From positions 1 to 43,799 of IMG/VR virus record IMGVR_UViG_3300016476_000200: 43,799 nucleotides of DNA. One strand, 5' to 3'. A program made the position numbers and the translations under genes. This document shows, piece by piece, positions 16,039 through 27,842 of this stretch (position 1 is its first letter; every line of letters starts with the position of its first letter). Source of the stretch: a virus. Taxonomy: Duplodnaviria; Caudoviricetes. The notes below the pieces were generated by a model, which searched no databases, was not told where the DNA came from, and worked only from the letters and a program-made list of their open reading frames with translations.

Positions 16039-16280
16039 TGTTTAGTGCAGGTTCAGAAATCGGTCAGGTATTTGTCCAGACCACTGATAACCGTGAGCAT
16101 ACGGTTGAAGAGATTGCAGAGCGTGCGGTTAATCGTGCGCTTCGCGTGGACACGCGAGAAGGTTTGAAACAGGTGCTGATCAAGTATCTGCAAGAGGCGC
16201 AAGACTCGGCCTTGAAGAATGCGCGACGTACGTTGATTGAACAAGGCTTTAACGACGCCGCTGAGCGTTTAGGAGACTGA
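16038..16280 (+). CDS. Hypothetical protein (80 aa)
   Basis: ATG overlaps the upstream TGA; lies in the operon. Confidence 0.7.
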   Translation: MFSAGSEIGQVFVQTTDNREHTVEEIAERAVNRALRVDTREGLKQVLIKYLQEAQDSALKNARRTLIEQGFNDAAERLGD

Positions 16281-16281
16281 C

Positions 16282-16737
16282 ATGGCTATTACTCAGGCAA
16301 TGGCAACGTCGTTCAAGGTCGAGATCCTTGACGGCATCCATAATTTTGGTACCGGCGTGATCCGCGCTTCGACGGCTGCGGATGTGTTCAAGCTGGCCCT
16401 GTATACCTCTTCGGCTACGTTGAGCGCCACGACCACGGCGTACTCTTCGGCTGACGAGGTTTCGTCGTCTGGTACGAACTACCCGGCTGGTGGTTTGACG
16501 CTAACGATCTCGCAGGTGCCGACTTCAAGCAGTACGACTGCTTTTATCGACTTTGATGATCTGACGTTCCCAAGCGCCACGATTACGGCCAACGGTGCGT
16601 TGATCTACAACTCGACTCAGGGCAACAAGGCTGTTGCAGTGCTGGCGTTTGGTGGTGACAAGACCTCGACGGCGGGTAACTTCACTATCCAATTCCCGGC
16701 TGCTGCGGCTTCGACTGCTATCCTGCGTATCGCTTAA
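16282..16737 (+). CDS. Virion structural (tail-associated) protein, 151 aa
   Basis: AGGAG SD; FKLALYT, YPAGG and GALIYN motifs; A/T/S-rich beta composition. Confidence 0.7.
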   Translation: MAITQAMATSFKVEILDGIHNFGTGVIRASTAADVFKLALYTSSATLSATTTAYSSADEVSSSGTNYPAGGLTLTISQVPTSSSTTAFIDFDDLTFPSATITANGALIYNSTQGNKAVAVLAFGGDKTSTAGNFTIQFPAAAASTAILRIA

Positions 16738-16749
16738 TCGGAGGGTTAC

Positions 16750-19506
<2,757 letters not shown>

Positions 19507-19509
19507 GCC

Positions 19510-20550
19510 ATGCCACTTCCAGCATCAGGTTCAATATCTATCTCTCAAGTATCTGTTGAGCTAGGTCGCGCTTCGACTGCGACCACTTCATTAGGTGAGT
19601 CTGCTGTTAGAACACTCGCTGGTGTTCCGACTGGCGCTATCTCCATGAGTAACCTCTGGGGTAAGTCAGCATACAACGGCCCTCCTACTGTTGAATATCT
19701 TGTTGTTGCTGGAGCAGGTGGTGGCGCTGGCGGTACTTGGGTTGCATTTTATGTCGCGCCATATTACTACCTACAAATTAACCCCGGCGGTGGCGGCGGC
19801 GCGGGCGGTTATGTAACTGCCTCGGGGTTTGCAATTACTCAGGGAACAACATACACAGTTACAGTCGGCGCAGGTGGTTCCGGTGGCGTTGCTGGCGTTA
19901 ATGGCAATCAAGGCTCAAATTCCGTTTTTTCTTCTGTTACCGCAGGAAGTGGGGCGGGAGGTGCAAATAACCAAAACGGAAATAACGCGTCTTTAGGTAG
20001 CGGTAGCGGTGGCGGTGGTTCCGGTAACTACATAAATGACGGCGGCTTTTATAGTTTTAGTCACGTAGACAACCGACCGGGAGGCAGTGCGGGCTCTCAA
20101 GGTAGTGCTGGTGGTACTGCAAGTTTAGGCTCCTATTCTGGTGCGTCTGGCGGTGGCGGCGGTAAGGGTAGCGCAGGCACTGTTAATGGCGGTTCTGGTG
20201 CCACATTTGATGGCGTTACATACGCTGGTGGCGGTGGCGGCGGCGGACAGGTTGATGGCCCTGCTGGAACCGGTGGTAGCGGTGGCGGCGGTAATGGCGG
20301 TGTCACATCTGGTGGCGGCACTCGAAACGGATTTGCTGGTAGCGCAAACACAGGCGGTGGAGGAGGCGGCGCTTCAATGCTTTTTGGGTTCGTTACTTAT
20401 ACTGGCGGTAACGGCGGTTCCGGCGTGGTAATCATCCGCTATTCCGACACCTACTCAGCGGCAGCGGCTACAACAGGCTCTCCGACATACACTGTTGCTG
20501 GCGGATTTCGCAAATACGTATTCACCGGTTCCGGTTCGATTCGGTGGTAA
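19510..20550 (+). CDS. Glycine-rich receptor-binding / fibre-tip protein
   Basis: MPLPASGSIS N-terminus, VEYLVVAGAGGG, GGGGGAGG and GGSGVVIIRY motifs. Confidence 0.8.
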   Translation: MPLPASGSISISQVSVELGRASTATTSLGESAVRTLAGVPTGAISMSNLWGKSAYNGPPTVEYLVVAGAGGGAGGTWVAFYVAPYYYLQINPGGGGGAGGYVTASGFAITQGTTYTVTVGAGGSGGVAGVNGNQGSNSVFSSVTAGSGAGGANNQNGNNASLGSGSGGGGSGNYINDGGFYSFSHVDNRPGGSAGSQGSAGGTASLGSYSGASGGGGGKGSAGTVNGGSGATFDGVTYAGGGGGGGQVDGPAGTGGSGGGGNGGVTSGGGTRNGFAGSANTGGGGGGASMLFGFVTYTGGNGGSGVVIIRYSDTYSAAAATTGSPTYTVAGGFRKYVFTGSGSIRW

Positions 20551-20553
20551 TGT

Positions 20554-20886
20554 ATGGCTCACTTTGCAAAACTAGACGCAAATAACGTCGTTTTGGATGT
20601 CATCGTTGTTAATAACGATGTTGTGCATAATTTGCCGTTTCCAGAGTCGGAACCTATTGGCGTGGCTTTTTGCCAATCCCTCTATGGTCTGGATACGCTA
20701 TGGAAGCAAACCTCATATAACAATAGTTTCCGAGGACACTACGCTGGAATTGGATACACATACAATCCATCAACCGACGAATTTGTTTTGCCGCCTGCTC
20801 CTCCGTTGTCTATTGAAATAGCAGAAATTCAAGCCAGAACTGGTGATCTTAACCATGAGCAGTTGAGTGAATCGGAGTTGCCGTAA
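20554..20886 (+). CDS. Tail-fibre-associated small protein (MAHFAKLD type)
   Basis: MAHFA ... WKQTSYN ... YAGIGYTY; directly follows the Gly-rich fibre gene. Confidence 0.75.
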   Translation: MAHFAKLDANNVVLDVIVVNNDVVHNLPFPESEPIGVAFCQSLYGLDTLWKQTSYNNSFRGHYAGIGYTYNPSTDEFVLPPAPPLSIEIAEIQARTGDLNHEQLSESELP

Positions 20887-21476
20887 TGATATTTCATAAA
20901 GCAACGCAGAAAGCATTTATCTGTCCAACCAAGGTTGGTACGTTCACGACTATTCATTTTTTGAAAAATATTGGGTGGAAGTCGCTTGGCGGCCCTCATC
21001 AATTCTTTGGTGAACTTGCTGAAAAATATCCAAACCTTTTGCAATACCAAGTTTATTGTTTTATGCGAGACCCGCTTGCAAGGTTTGAAAGTATTATTCT
21101 TCATTTGAAGCAGATGCCGTATACCCGTGATGACTTTAAGAACGTCATTGATGAGCAAGGTATTGGCAAAACCCCAGAACAGATTTCTTACGATGAAGTC
21201 GTAAATATATTTCCGGCCTTGTCTATTAAATTTGAAATGCTGTTTAAGCAACAGACCGCGTGGTTTACGCACCCAAACATTCAGGCGCTAGACTTTCAAA
21301 ACATGGAAGCCGAGTTGCGCCGGGTGTCTAGTAATACCGATCAACCACTAGTTCGTTATAACGCTTCTACTGACTTTGGCCGTAGCGTTATTACCGACAA
21401 GGTTCGTGCTTTTGTGCGCGAGTATTACGCTACTGACTATACGTTAATCAAAGACCGACTAGGTAAGGAATACTAG
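20886..21476 (+). CDS. Sulfotransferase-family-like protein
   Basis: Degenerate 5'-PSB loop FICPTKVGTFT, 3'-PB motif FMRDPLARFES, and C-terminal VREYYATDY. Confidence 0.65.
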   Translation: MIFHKATQKAFICPTKVGTFTTIHFLKNIGWKSLGGPHQFFGELAEKYPNLLQYQVYCFMRDPLARFESIILHLKQMPYTRDDFKNVIDEQGIGKTPEQISYDEVVNIFPALSIKFEMLFKQQTAWFTHPNIQALDFQNMEAELRRVSSNTDQPLVRYNASTDFGRSVITDKVRAFVREYYATDYTLIKDRLGKEY

Positions 21477-21479
21477 CGA

Positions 21480-22175
21480 ATGCTTGGCTTTACCCCATTT
21501 GCTGCCGCGCCATTTGCTGATCTTGGTAGCGGCAATGTAAATGTACAGGTTACTGGGGTAGAGGCCACCGGTCAGCTTGGTGATGTCGTTGTTATTGCCC
21601 AAGCCGATGTATTCCCGAACGGCGTAGCAGCCACGGCAGAACTGGGTGTTGTAACCATCCAGATCATCTTCATTATTGAAGTAACGGGCGTTGAGGCTAT
21701 TGCGGTTCTTGGTGACGCTCGTGCCGCAGCATCGGCTAATGCTCCGGTAACTGGAGTTCAGGCTTCAGGGGCTGTTGGTGACGTTACGGTTGTTGCCGAA
21801 TCTGTCGTATTCCCAGTAGGGGTTGTCGGCACGGGGCAAACCGGAGACGTATTTGTTACCGGTATTGCGATTTTCTCCGTTACCGGCGTTGTGGGCACAA
21901 CCCAACTCGGTACGGTCACGGTCAGTATCCCCAAAGATGTCCCGGTCACAGGGGTATCGGCGTCGGGTGCAGTCGGTACGGTCAGTGTCACAGGCACGGC
22001 TATCGTATTCCCAACCGGCGTTACCGGAACCGGCGCTATTGGTCAAGTCCTTGTTTGGGGTAAGATTGTCCCAGTTCCGACCGGGCCTTGGACTCCTGTG
22101 GACGATTCGCAGGCAGGTACATGGACACCGATTGACGACACACAAACGCCTAACTGGATAGAAATTGCGGCGTGA
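21480..22175 (+). CDS. Virion structural protein with periodic VTGV-x-A-x-G-x-[LV]G repeats
   Basis: About seven imperfect 25-26-aa repeats and a W-rich C-terminus. Confidence 0.75.
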   Translation: MLGFTPFAAAPFADLGSGNVNVQVTGVEATGQLGDVVVIAQADVFPNGVAATAELGVVTIQIIFIIEVTGVEAIAVLGDARAAASANAPVTGVQASGAVGDVTVVAESVVFPVGVVGTGQTGDVFVTGIAIFSVTGVVGTTQLGTVTVSIPKDVPVTGVSASGAVGTVSVTGTAIVFPTGVTGTGAIGQVLVWGKIVPVPTGPWTPVDDSQAGTWTPIDDTQTPNWIEIAA

Positions 22176-22183
22176 GGTTTTAA

Positions 22184-23461
22184 ATGGCTAGTACATACTC
22201 AACCAACCTTGCTATCGAACTGATCGGAACAGGTGATCAGGCCGGTGCATGGGGTAACACCACCAATACGAACCTCGGCACGCTCATTGAGCAGGCTATC
22301 TCGGGGTACGTCACGCAGGCAGTTGCTACCGGAACGGATACGTCGATCACGATCCCGAACGGTGCCACGGGTGTGGCTCGTAACATGTATATCGAGTTGA
22401 CGGGCACGGGTGGTACGAATACCAACCTGATTGTTCCTGCCAACAAGAAACTATACTTCATCTACAACAACACCGCGTCTGGTCAAGTCACGGTCAAAGT
22501 GGCTGGTCAAACAGGCGTGTCTGTGCCGAATGGCAAGAAAATGGTGTTGGTGTCTAACGGCACCGATATCGTCAACGGCCTGAATTACATCGCTGACTTT
22601 GGTACGAACAGTTTCACTGTCACTAATTTGACGGCAACCTCGGCCAGCATCACGACGCTGACGGGCACTTCTGCCAATATTACGGCGCTGACGGGTACGA
22701 CAGCCGGGTTTAGTAGCGCCAACATCACTACTCTTAGCGGCACCAATTTCAGCGCAACTAGCCTAACGTTAGGTAGTGCGTTGCGGGTTTCGCAGGGTGG
22801 TACGGGCAGCAGCCTCACCCCATCTAACGGGCAACTTCTGGTTGGCAATGGTACCGGCTATACGCTCAGCACTTTGAACGGTGGCCCCGGCGTTGGTATT
22901 ACGAATGCGGCGGGTTCAATCACCATCACGGCAACAGGCACAGGGTTCATTGCTTCTGTTAATGCGACTTCACCCCTTCAATCAACGGGTATTCAGTCAA
23001 TCGTCATAAGTCTTGCTAGTGCCGTGCCGGTGTCGCTGGGAGGTACAGGGCAAACTTCTGCGCCGTCTAATGGGCAACTGCTAATTGGTAACGGATCAAG
23101 TTTTGTTCTCTCGACGTTGACTGCCGGTACCGGCATGACGATTACCAATGCAAGCGGCAGCATTACGCTTAGTTCAGCGGGTTTGCCGACGATGAATATC
23201 GTTTCCGGCACGACTCAGGCTGCTGTAAACAATAACCACTACGTTCTGACCAACGGTTCTGCTACGACTGTGACACTACCTTCTTCGCCTTCGGCTGGTA
23301 ACGTAGTTTGGATCACGGTGGCTAATGGATTGACGACTAACGTCGTTGCTCGCAACGGACAGAACATCAATAGCATTGCTGAAGATATGACTATCAATAG
23401 TGCATACGCAGGTATTCAGTTGCGCTATGCCGATGCAACGAGAGGATGGGTATTTACATGA
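22184..23461 (+). CDS. Second tail fibre / spike protein (425 aa)
   Basis: MASTYS..L ... WG..TN.N anchor; shaft modules shared with the 918-aa fibre; C-terminal TVTLPSSPSAG domain. Confidence 0.75.
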   Translation: MASTYSTNLAIELIGTGDQAGAWGNTTNTNLGTLIEQAISGYVTQAVATGTDTSITIPNGATGVARNMYIELTGTGGTNTNLIVPANKKLYFIYNNTASGQVTVKVAGQTGVSVPNGKKMVLVSNGTDIVNGLNYIADFGTNSFTVTNLTATSASITTLTGTSANITALTGTTAGFSSANITTLSGTNFSATSLTLGSALRVSQGGTGSSLTPSNGQLLVGNGTGYTLSTLNGGPGVGITNAAGSITITATGTGFIASVNATSPLQSTGIQSIVISLASAVPVSLGGTGQTSAPSNGQLLIGNGSSFVLSTLTAGTGMTITNASGSITLSSAGLPTMNIVSGTTQAAVNNNHYVLTNGSATTVTLPSSPSAGNVVWITVANGLTTNVVARNGQNINSIAEDMTINSAYAGIQLRYADATRGWVFT

Positions 23462-23739
23462 GTACGCTTACGCAGTTTTTGCCGCAGACCGGCATCAAGT
23501 CAATTCAACGCGGTGTCACGGGTTCAGTGGCAGCAACTGGCACAGAATCAATCACTATCAGTTCAGTCGATACTAATAAAAGCATTTTAACGAATTTGGG
23601 TACTACAGCTACAAATACAGCCACGTATTTTACCGCCCAAGGATACTTTGAGTTGACTAGCTCAACTAATATCAACTTTCAAAACGGCTCCAGTGGTAAC
23701 AGCGTAAAAGGTGCTTGGCAGCTTGTGGAGTATTACTAA
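23458..23739 (+). CDS. Small fibre-associated protein (93 aa)
   Basis: Start reassigned to ATG 23458 (ATGA overlap); IKSIQRG ... WQLVEYY. Confidence 0.7.
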   Translation: MSTLTQFLPQTGIKSIQRGVTGSVAATGTESITISSVDTNKSILTNLGTTATNTATYFTAQGYFELTSSTNINFQNGSSGNSVKGAWQLVEYY

Positions 23740-23915
23740 TGCGTTACTACTACGTTCAGCTTGATAAAGACAATATTGTTAAGAATGCTCTTGATACGTT
23801 TGCTCCAATTAACCAGTCCAACATGATTCAGACTGATCGCTTTCGTTCTGATCTACTTGATTGGAAGTACGAGAACGGTCAGTTTTATCCGCCTCCTCCG
23901 CCTGTAGAGGGCTAA
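23739..23915 (+). CDS. Small fibre-associated/chaperone-like protein (58 aa)
   Basis: Start reassigned to ATG 23739 (GGAG SD, TAATG overlap); WKYENGQFYPPP end. Confidence 0.7.
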   Translation: MRYYYVQLDKDNIVKNALDTFAPINQSNMIQTDRFRSDLLDWKYENGQFYPPPPPVEG

Positions 23916-23918
23916 GCC

Positions 23919-24404
23919 ATGATGACCTTAGTCTCGACGTTCCTCTCGTTTCTTGCTGGTGGATTGCCCAAGATCTTGTCGATCTTCCAAGACCGGCAGG
24001 ATAAGAAGCACGAACTCGCCCTCGTTGCTGCTCAGAAGGAGCGTGAGTTGGCTCTGGCCGAGCGAGGCTTTCTGGCACAGGCACGGGTGGAAGAGATCAA
24101 GCTGGAGCAGATCCAGACTCAGACCGCTGCCGAGGAACGTCAGGCTCTCTATCAGCACGACATCGAAATTGGCAAAGGTGCATCACAGTGGATGATCAAT
24201 CTTCGCGCCAGCGTCCGTCCGGTCGTGACGTACATCTTCGTGCTGGAACTCGTGGCGCTGAATGTCGCCGGGGTTTGGTATGCGTACACTACGGGCATCC
24301 CTTTTGCGATTGCGATGGAGAATGTCTTCTCGGACGACGAGATGCTGATTCTGTCCTCGATCATCGCCTTTTGGTTCGGCACTCAGGCATTCAATAAGAA
24401 GTGA
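23919..24404 (+). CDS. Holin (3-TM, GTA-holin-like)
   Basis: Hydrophobic segments, SVRPVVTY and IIAFWFG motifs; directly upstream of the lysozyme. Confidence 0.75.
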   Translation: MMTLVSTFLSFLAGGLPKILSIFQDRQDKKHELALVAAQKERELALAERGFLAQARVEEIKLEQIQTQTAAEERQALYQHDIEIGKGASQWMINLRASVRPVVTYIFVLELVALNVAGVWYAYTTGIPFAIAMENVFSDDEMLILSSIIAFWFGTQAFNKK

Positions 24405-24889
24405 AAGTCTCTGCTGCCGCCATCGACATGATCAAGCACCATGAGGGGGTGAGGACAAAGCCTTACCGCTGCCCTGCCCTCTTGTGGACTGTCGGCGTCG
24501 GCCACGTGATTGACCCTACCCATGCTGCGGTGAAGTATGAGGAGCGCAAGAATCTACCGATACCCGCAGGTTGGGATCGCGTCCTCTCTATGGGAGAGGT
24601 GGATACTATTCTTGCTCAAGACCTTGGCCGGTTTGAGCGTGGCGTTCTTCGACTTTGCCCTGCTGCTTCTGGTCGCCAAGGAGTCTTTGATTCTCTCGTA
24701 TCTTTTGCCTTCAACGTGGGACTGGGAAATCTTCAGAGATCTTCTCTCCGGATGAAGACCAACCGGGGGGAGTTTGACGAGGCGGCTGATGAGTTCCTGA
24801 AATGGACGAAGGCGGGTGGTAGAGTTCTGCCGGGTTTGGTTAAAAGGCGCAACGACGAACGTTCGTTGTACCTGTCAGGAGTACGGTAA
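24401..24889 (+). CDS. Endolysin, GH24 lysozyme
   Basis: IKHHEG ... YRCPA..WTVGVGH, LVSFAFNVG and LPGLVKRR motifs. Confidence 0.9.
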   Translation: MKVSAAAIDMIKHHEGVRTKPYRCPALLWTVGVGHVIDPTHAAVKYEERKNLPIPAGWDRVLSMGEVDTILAQDLGRFERGVLRLCPAASGRQGVFDSLVSFAFNVGLGNLQRSSLRMKTNRGEFDEAADEFLKWTKAGGRVLPGLVKRRNDERSLYLSGVR

Positions 24890-27189
24890 TGCCACTCACG
24901 AAACTGGAGTTCCGACCGGGTATCAATAGAGAGTCTACTAGCTATGCCAACGAGGGCGGCTACTACTCTTGCGATAAGGTACGGTTCCGTTCAGGTTATG
25001 CCGAGAAGATTGGTGGTTGGGTTAACCAGACTACTGACGTATTCAAAGGCATGTGCCACACCCTGTGGAACTGGATTACGTTCGGTGGCAGCAACCTGCT
25101 GGCTGTCGGTACCAACACCAAGTATTACATCGAGAACACGGGTACGTATCACGACGTTACCCCGCTGGCTTTTTCAGGCACGATTGCTGCCAACCCGTTT
25201 ACGACGACGAACGGAAGCCTTCTTGTTACCGTCACTCATTCTGGCCATGCGTCAACGATTGGTACCTACGTTACGTTTTCTGGCGTATCCAACAGCGGCG
25301 TTATCAACGGTATCAACTTTGACGGCGAGTTCCAGATTGTCGGCATACCTACGTCCAACTCTTACGAGATCGTAGCCCCCAACGTCGCTACGGGATCTGG
25401 GTCTGGCGGTGGATCGCTTGTCATCGCTCAACTTCAAATCGCGGCTGGTTTGCCTACGTATTACGGTGGTGTCGGTTGGGGTATGCCGCCTTGGGGATCA
25501 GGCGGATGGGGTTCTGCTTTGTCGTCAGGTACGGAAGCACGACTGTGGTCGCAAGACAACTTCAACGATGACCTGATCTTTAACTACCGTCGCGGCCCGA
25601 TCTATTACTGGCCGTTAGATCTAGCAAATTATGATCGTGCGGTACTGCTTTCCGATATTGCTAACCAAACAGTACGTGCCACAACAACGGCTGCGTTCTC
25701 TCTATCGGTAACGACAATTACGGTTGCTGATCCGTTTGGTATTGAGTCAGGCGCGGTCTTGGTGGGTACTGGAATACCGACTGGAACCTACGTTACTACG
25801 GCCTATGCAGGCGGCACCTCTGTGCCTATTTCTGCTCCTACCAGTGCTTCAGCCACCATCTCGACAATTACGATCAGTTACGCCGGGCGGCACATTCCTG
25901 AGCAGACCAGTCAGGTCATGACCTCTAGCGTGAGTAACTTTACGATTTGCTTTGGCGCTAACCCATATAGCCCTGATACGTTCACGGCAGACTTTGATCC
26001 GATGCTTGTACGCTGGTCAGATGCAGATAACGCCTATGATTGGGTGCCTGTAACAACGAACCAATCTGGTGAGCAGCTTTTGTCGCATGGTTCGTTCATC
26101 CAGTGTGCGCTTGATACTCGTCAGGAAATCTTGATTTGGACGGACGCTGCGCTCTTCTCCATGCAGTACCTTGGCCCGCCGTACGTGTGGGGCATCAACT
26201 TGTTGATGGACAACATCTCCATCATCTCCCCGAACGCTGCCATCACGGTCAACAACGTGACCTACTGGATGGGTGTAGACAAGTTCTACTCGTACTCTGG
26301 TCGTGTTGAAACGTTGCCTTGCACGCTTCGTCAGTATGTCTATACCGACATCAATACGAGCCAGTACAGTCAGATCGTGTGTGGCACGAACGAAGGTTAT
26401 AACGAGATCTGGTGGTTCTACCCATCTGCTGACAGCATCGTAAACAACCGATACGTCATCTATAACCATCTGGAACGTATTTGGTATTACGGAACGATGG
26501 ATCGTACGGCATGGCTAGATTCGCCGGGGCTTCGTCAGTACCCGCTTGGTGCTTTCAGCGTTGCCAATACTTATTTGACCAGCGCTGGTATTAGTTCTTC
26601 TGCAACGATACTGCCTGTACTAGACGTAAGTTCGTATCCCAATACAGGCACGGTCATAATCAACTCGGAAGAAATTACTTATACCGGCAAGGGCGATACC
26701 GTACTTAACGGCTGCATACGTGGTGTAAACGGAACTACGGCGGCAAGCCATGTTGGTTATAGCCCGGTTACATTCAGGGTGCAGAACCAGATTCTGTTCC
26801 ATGAGATTGGCAACGATGACGTATCTCAGTCTCCGTCGCTGCCGATTGAGGCGTACATTGAGTCGTCGGACTTTGATATCTCTGACGGTGAGACGTTTGG
26901 TTACGTCTGGCGCATGTTGCCTGACCTGACATTTGCTGGCTCTACGACAAGTACGCCGACTGTAACTTTGACGGTTCGTCCCCGGCAGAACTCGGGTTCT
27001 AACTATACGGCGGCAGATAGCCCGACCGTGACCCGTACTTCGACGATTCCGATTCAGCAGTATACGGGGCAGGTATATACACGTGTCCGTGGTCGTCAGA
27101 TGGCGTTCCGTCTAGACTCGACCGATAAGGGCGTGGCTTGGCAGATGGGTGCCATGCGTATTGATGTGAAGCCGGACGGTCGCCGCTGA
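24889..27189 (+). CDS. Tail nozzle / DNA-stabilisation protein (tail tubular B / P22 gp10-like)
   Basis: 766 aa, beta-propeller-like composition (VRWSD, EIWWFYPS, YVIYNH); precedes the ejection genes. Confidence 0.65.
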   Translation: MPLTKLEFRPGINRESTSYANEGGYYSCDKVRFRSGYAEKIGGWVNQTTDVFKGMCHTLWNWITFGGSNLLAVGTNTKYYIENTGTYHDVTPLAFSGTIAANPFTTTNGSLLVTVTHSGHASTIGTYVTFSGVSNSGVINGINFDGEFQIVGIPTSNSYEIVAPNVATGSGSGGGSLVIAQLQIAAGLPTYYGGVGWGMPPWGSGGWGSALSSGTEARLWSQDNFNDDLIFNYRRGPIYYWPLDLANYDRAVLLSDIANQTVRATTTAAFSLSVTTITVADPFGIESGAVLVGTGIPTGTYVTTAYAGGTSVPISAPTSASATISTITISYAGRHIPEQTSQVMTSSVSNFTICFGANPYSPDTFTADFDPMLVRWSDADNAYDWVPVTTNQSGEQLLSHGSFIQCALDTRQEILIWTDAALFSMQYLGPPYVWGINLLMDNISIISPNAAITVNNVTYWMGVDKFYSYSGRVETLPCTLRQYVYTDINTSQYSQIVCGTNEGYNEIWWFYPSADSIVNNRYVIYNHLERIWYYGTMDRTAWLDSPGLRQYPLGAFSVANTYLTSAGISSSATILPVLDVSSYPNTGTVIINSEEITYTGKGDTVLNGCIRGVNGTTAASHVGYSPVTFRVQNQILFHEIGNDDVSQSPSLPIEAYIESSDFDISDGETFGYVWRMLPDLTFAGSTTSTPTVTLTVRPRQNSGSNYTAADSPTVTRTSTIPIQQYTGQVYTRVRGRQMAFRLDSTDKGVAWQMGAMRIDVKPDGRR

Positions 27190-27803
27190 TGGCATTCCAA
27201 GACGGCCCAATTAGGAACATCGCTAACCCGAGCTTGCCGGTTGCTCCGGTCAGTTATGAGCAGCGATACATGGATCAGTACAGCAACGTACTGCGCCTGT
27301 TCCAAAACCAAGTCGTCAACGCCATCAACGCGCCACTGCCTCACGGGTCTTTCTACGACACGACGACCCAGACCAATCCGGTAGCCAATGCTGTCAATTT
27401 GATGAAGGTCAACAGCACTTACGATGCTGGTGCTGGTACGGCGTATGCCATTCAGAAAGACACTACCCGCATCTACATCACGCAGACTGGCGTATACAAC
27501 ATTCAGTTTTCGGCTCAGTTAGATAACGTAGGTGGCGGTAATACGTCGGTTTATATCTGGCTGCGGGTCAACGGAATCAACGTCGCCCACTCCGCTAGTA
27601 AGGTTGCCATTGCTGGCCCAAACGACGAGAAAGTGGCTGCTTGGAACTTTGTAATAACTCTCAAGGCCAACGACTACTTTGAACTTGCTTGGGCGTCACC
27701 CAGTACGGACGCAGTGCTGCTCTACGCCGCAGCCAGCGGGAACATTCCGGAGATCCCGTCCGTTATCATAACGGTCACTTGGGTGTCCAATGTCGCGCTT
27801 TGA
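27189..27803 (+). CDS. Tail-associated protein with a C1q/TNF-like beta domain
   Basis: GVYNIQFSAQL, IWLRVNG and LKANDYFELAW motifs. Confidence 0.6.
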   Translation: MAFQDGPIRNIANPSLPVAPVSYEQRYMDQYSNVLRLFQNQVVNAINAPLPHGSFYDTTTQTNPVANAVNLMKVNSTYDAGAGTAYAIQKDTTRIYITQTGVYNIQFSAQLDNVGGGNTSVYIWLRVNGINVAHSASKVAIAGPNDEKVAAWNFVITLKANDYFELAWASPSTDAVLLYAAASGNIPEIPSVIITVTWVSNVAL

Positions 27804-27842
27804 AGTGTTAACATCCACGAAACTTGACCCCGTGGGGGGAGT

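Noticed and set aside
24874-24881. GTCAGGA half-site of the palindrome in the late region
   Set aside because: It has no partner arm and is explained as the AGGAG SD of the next gene.
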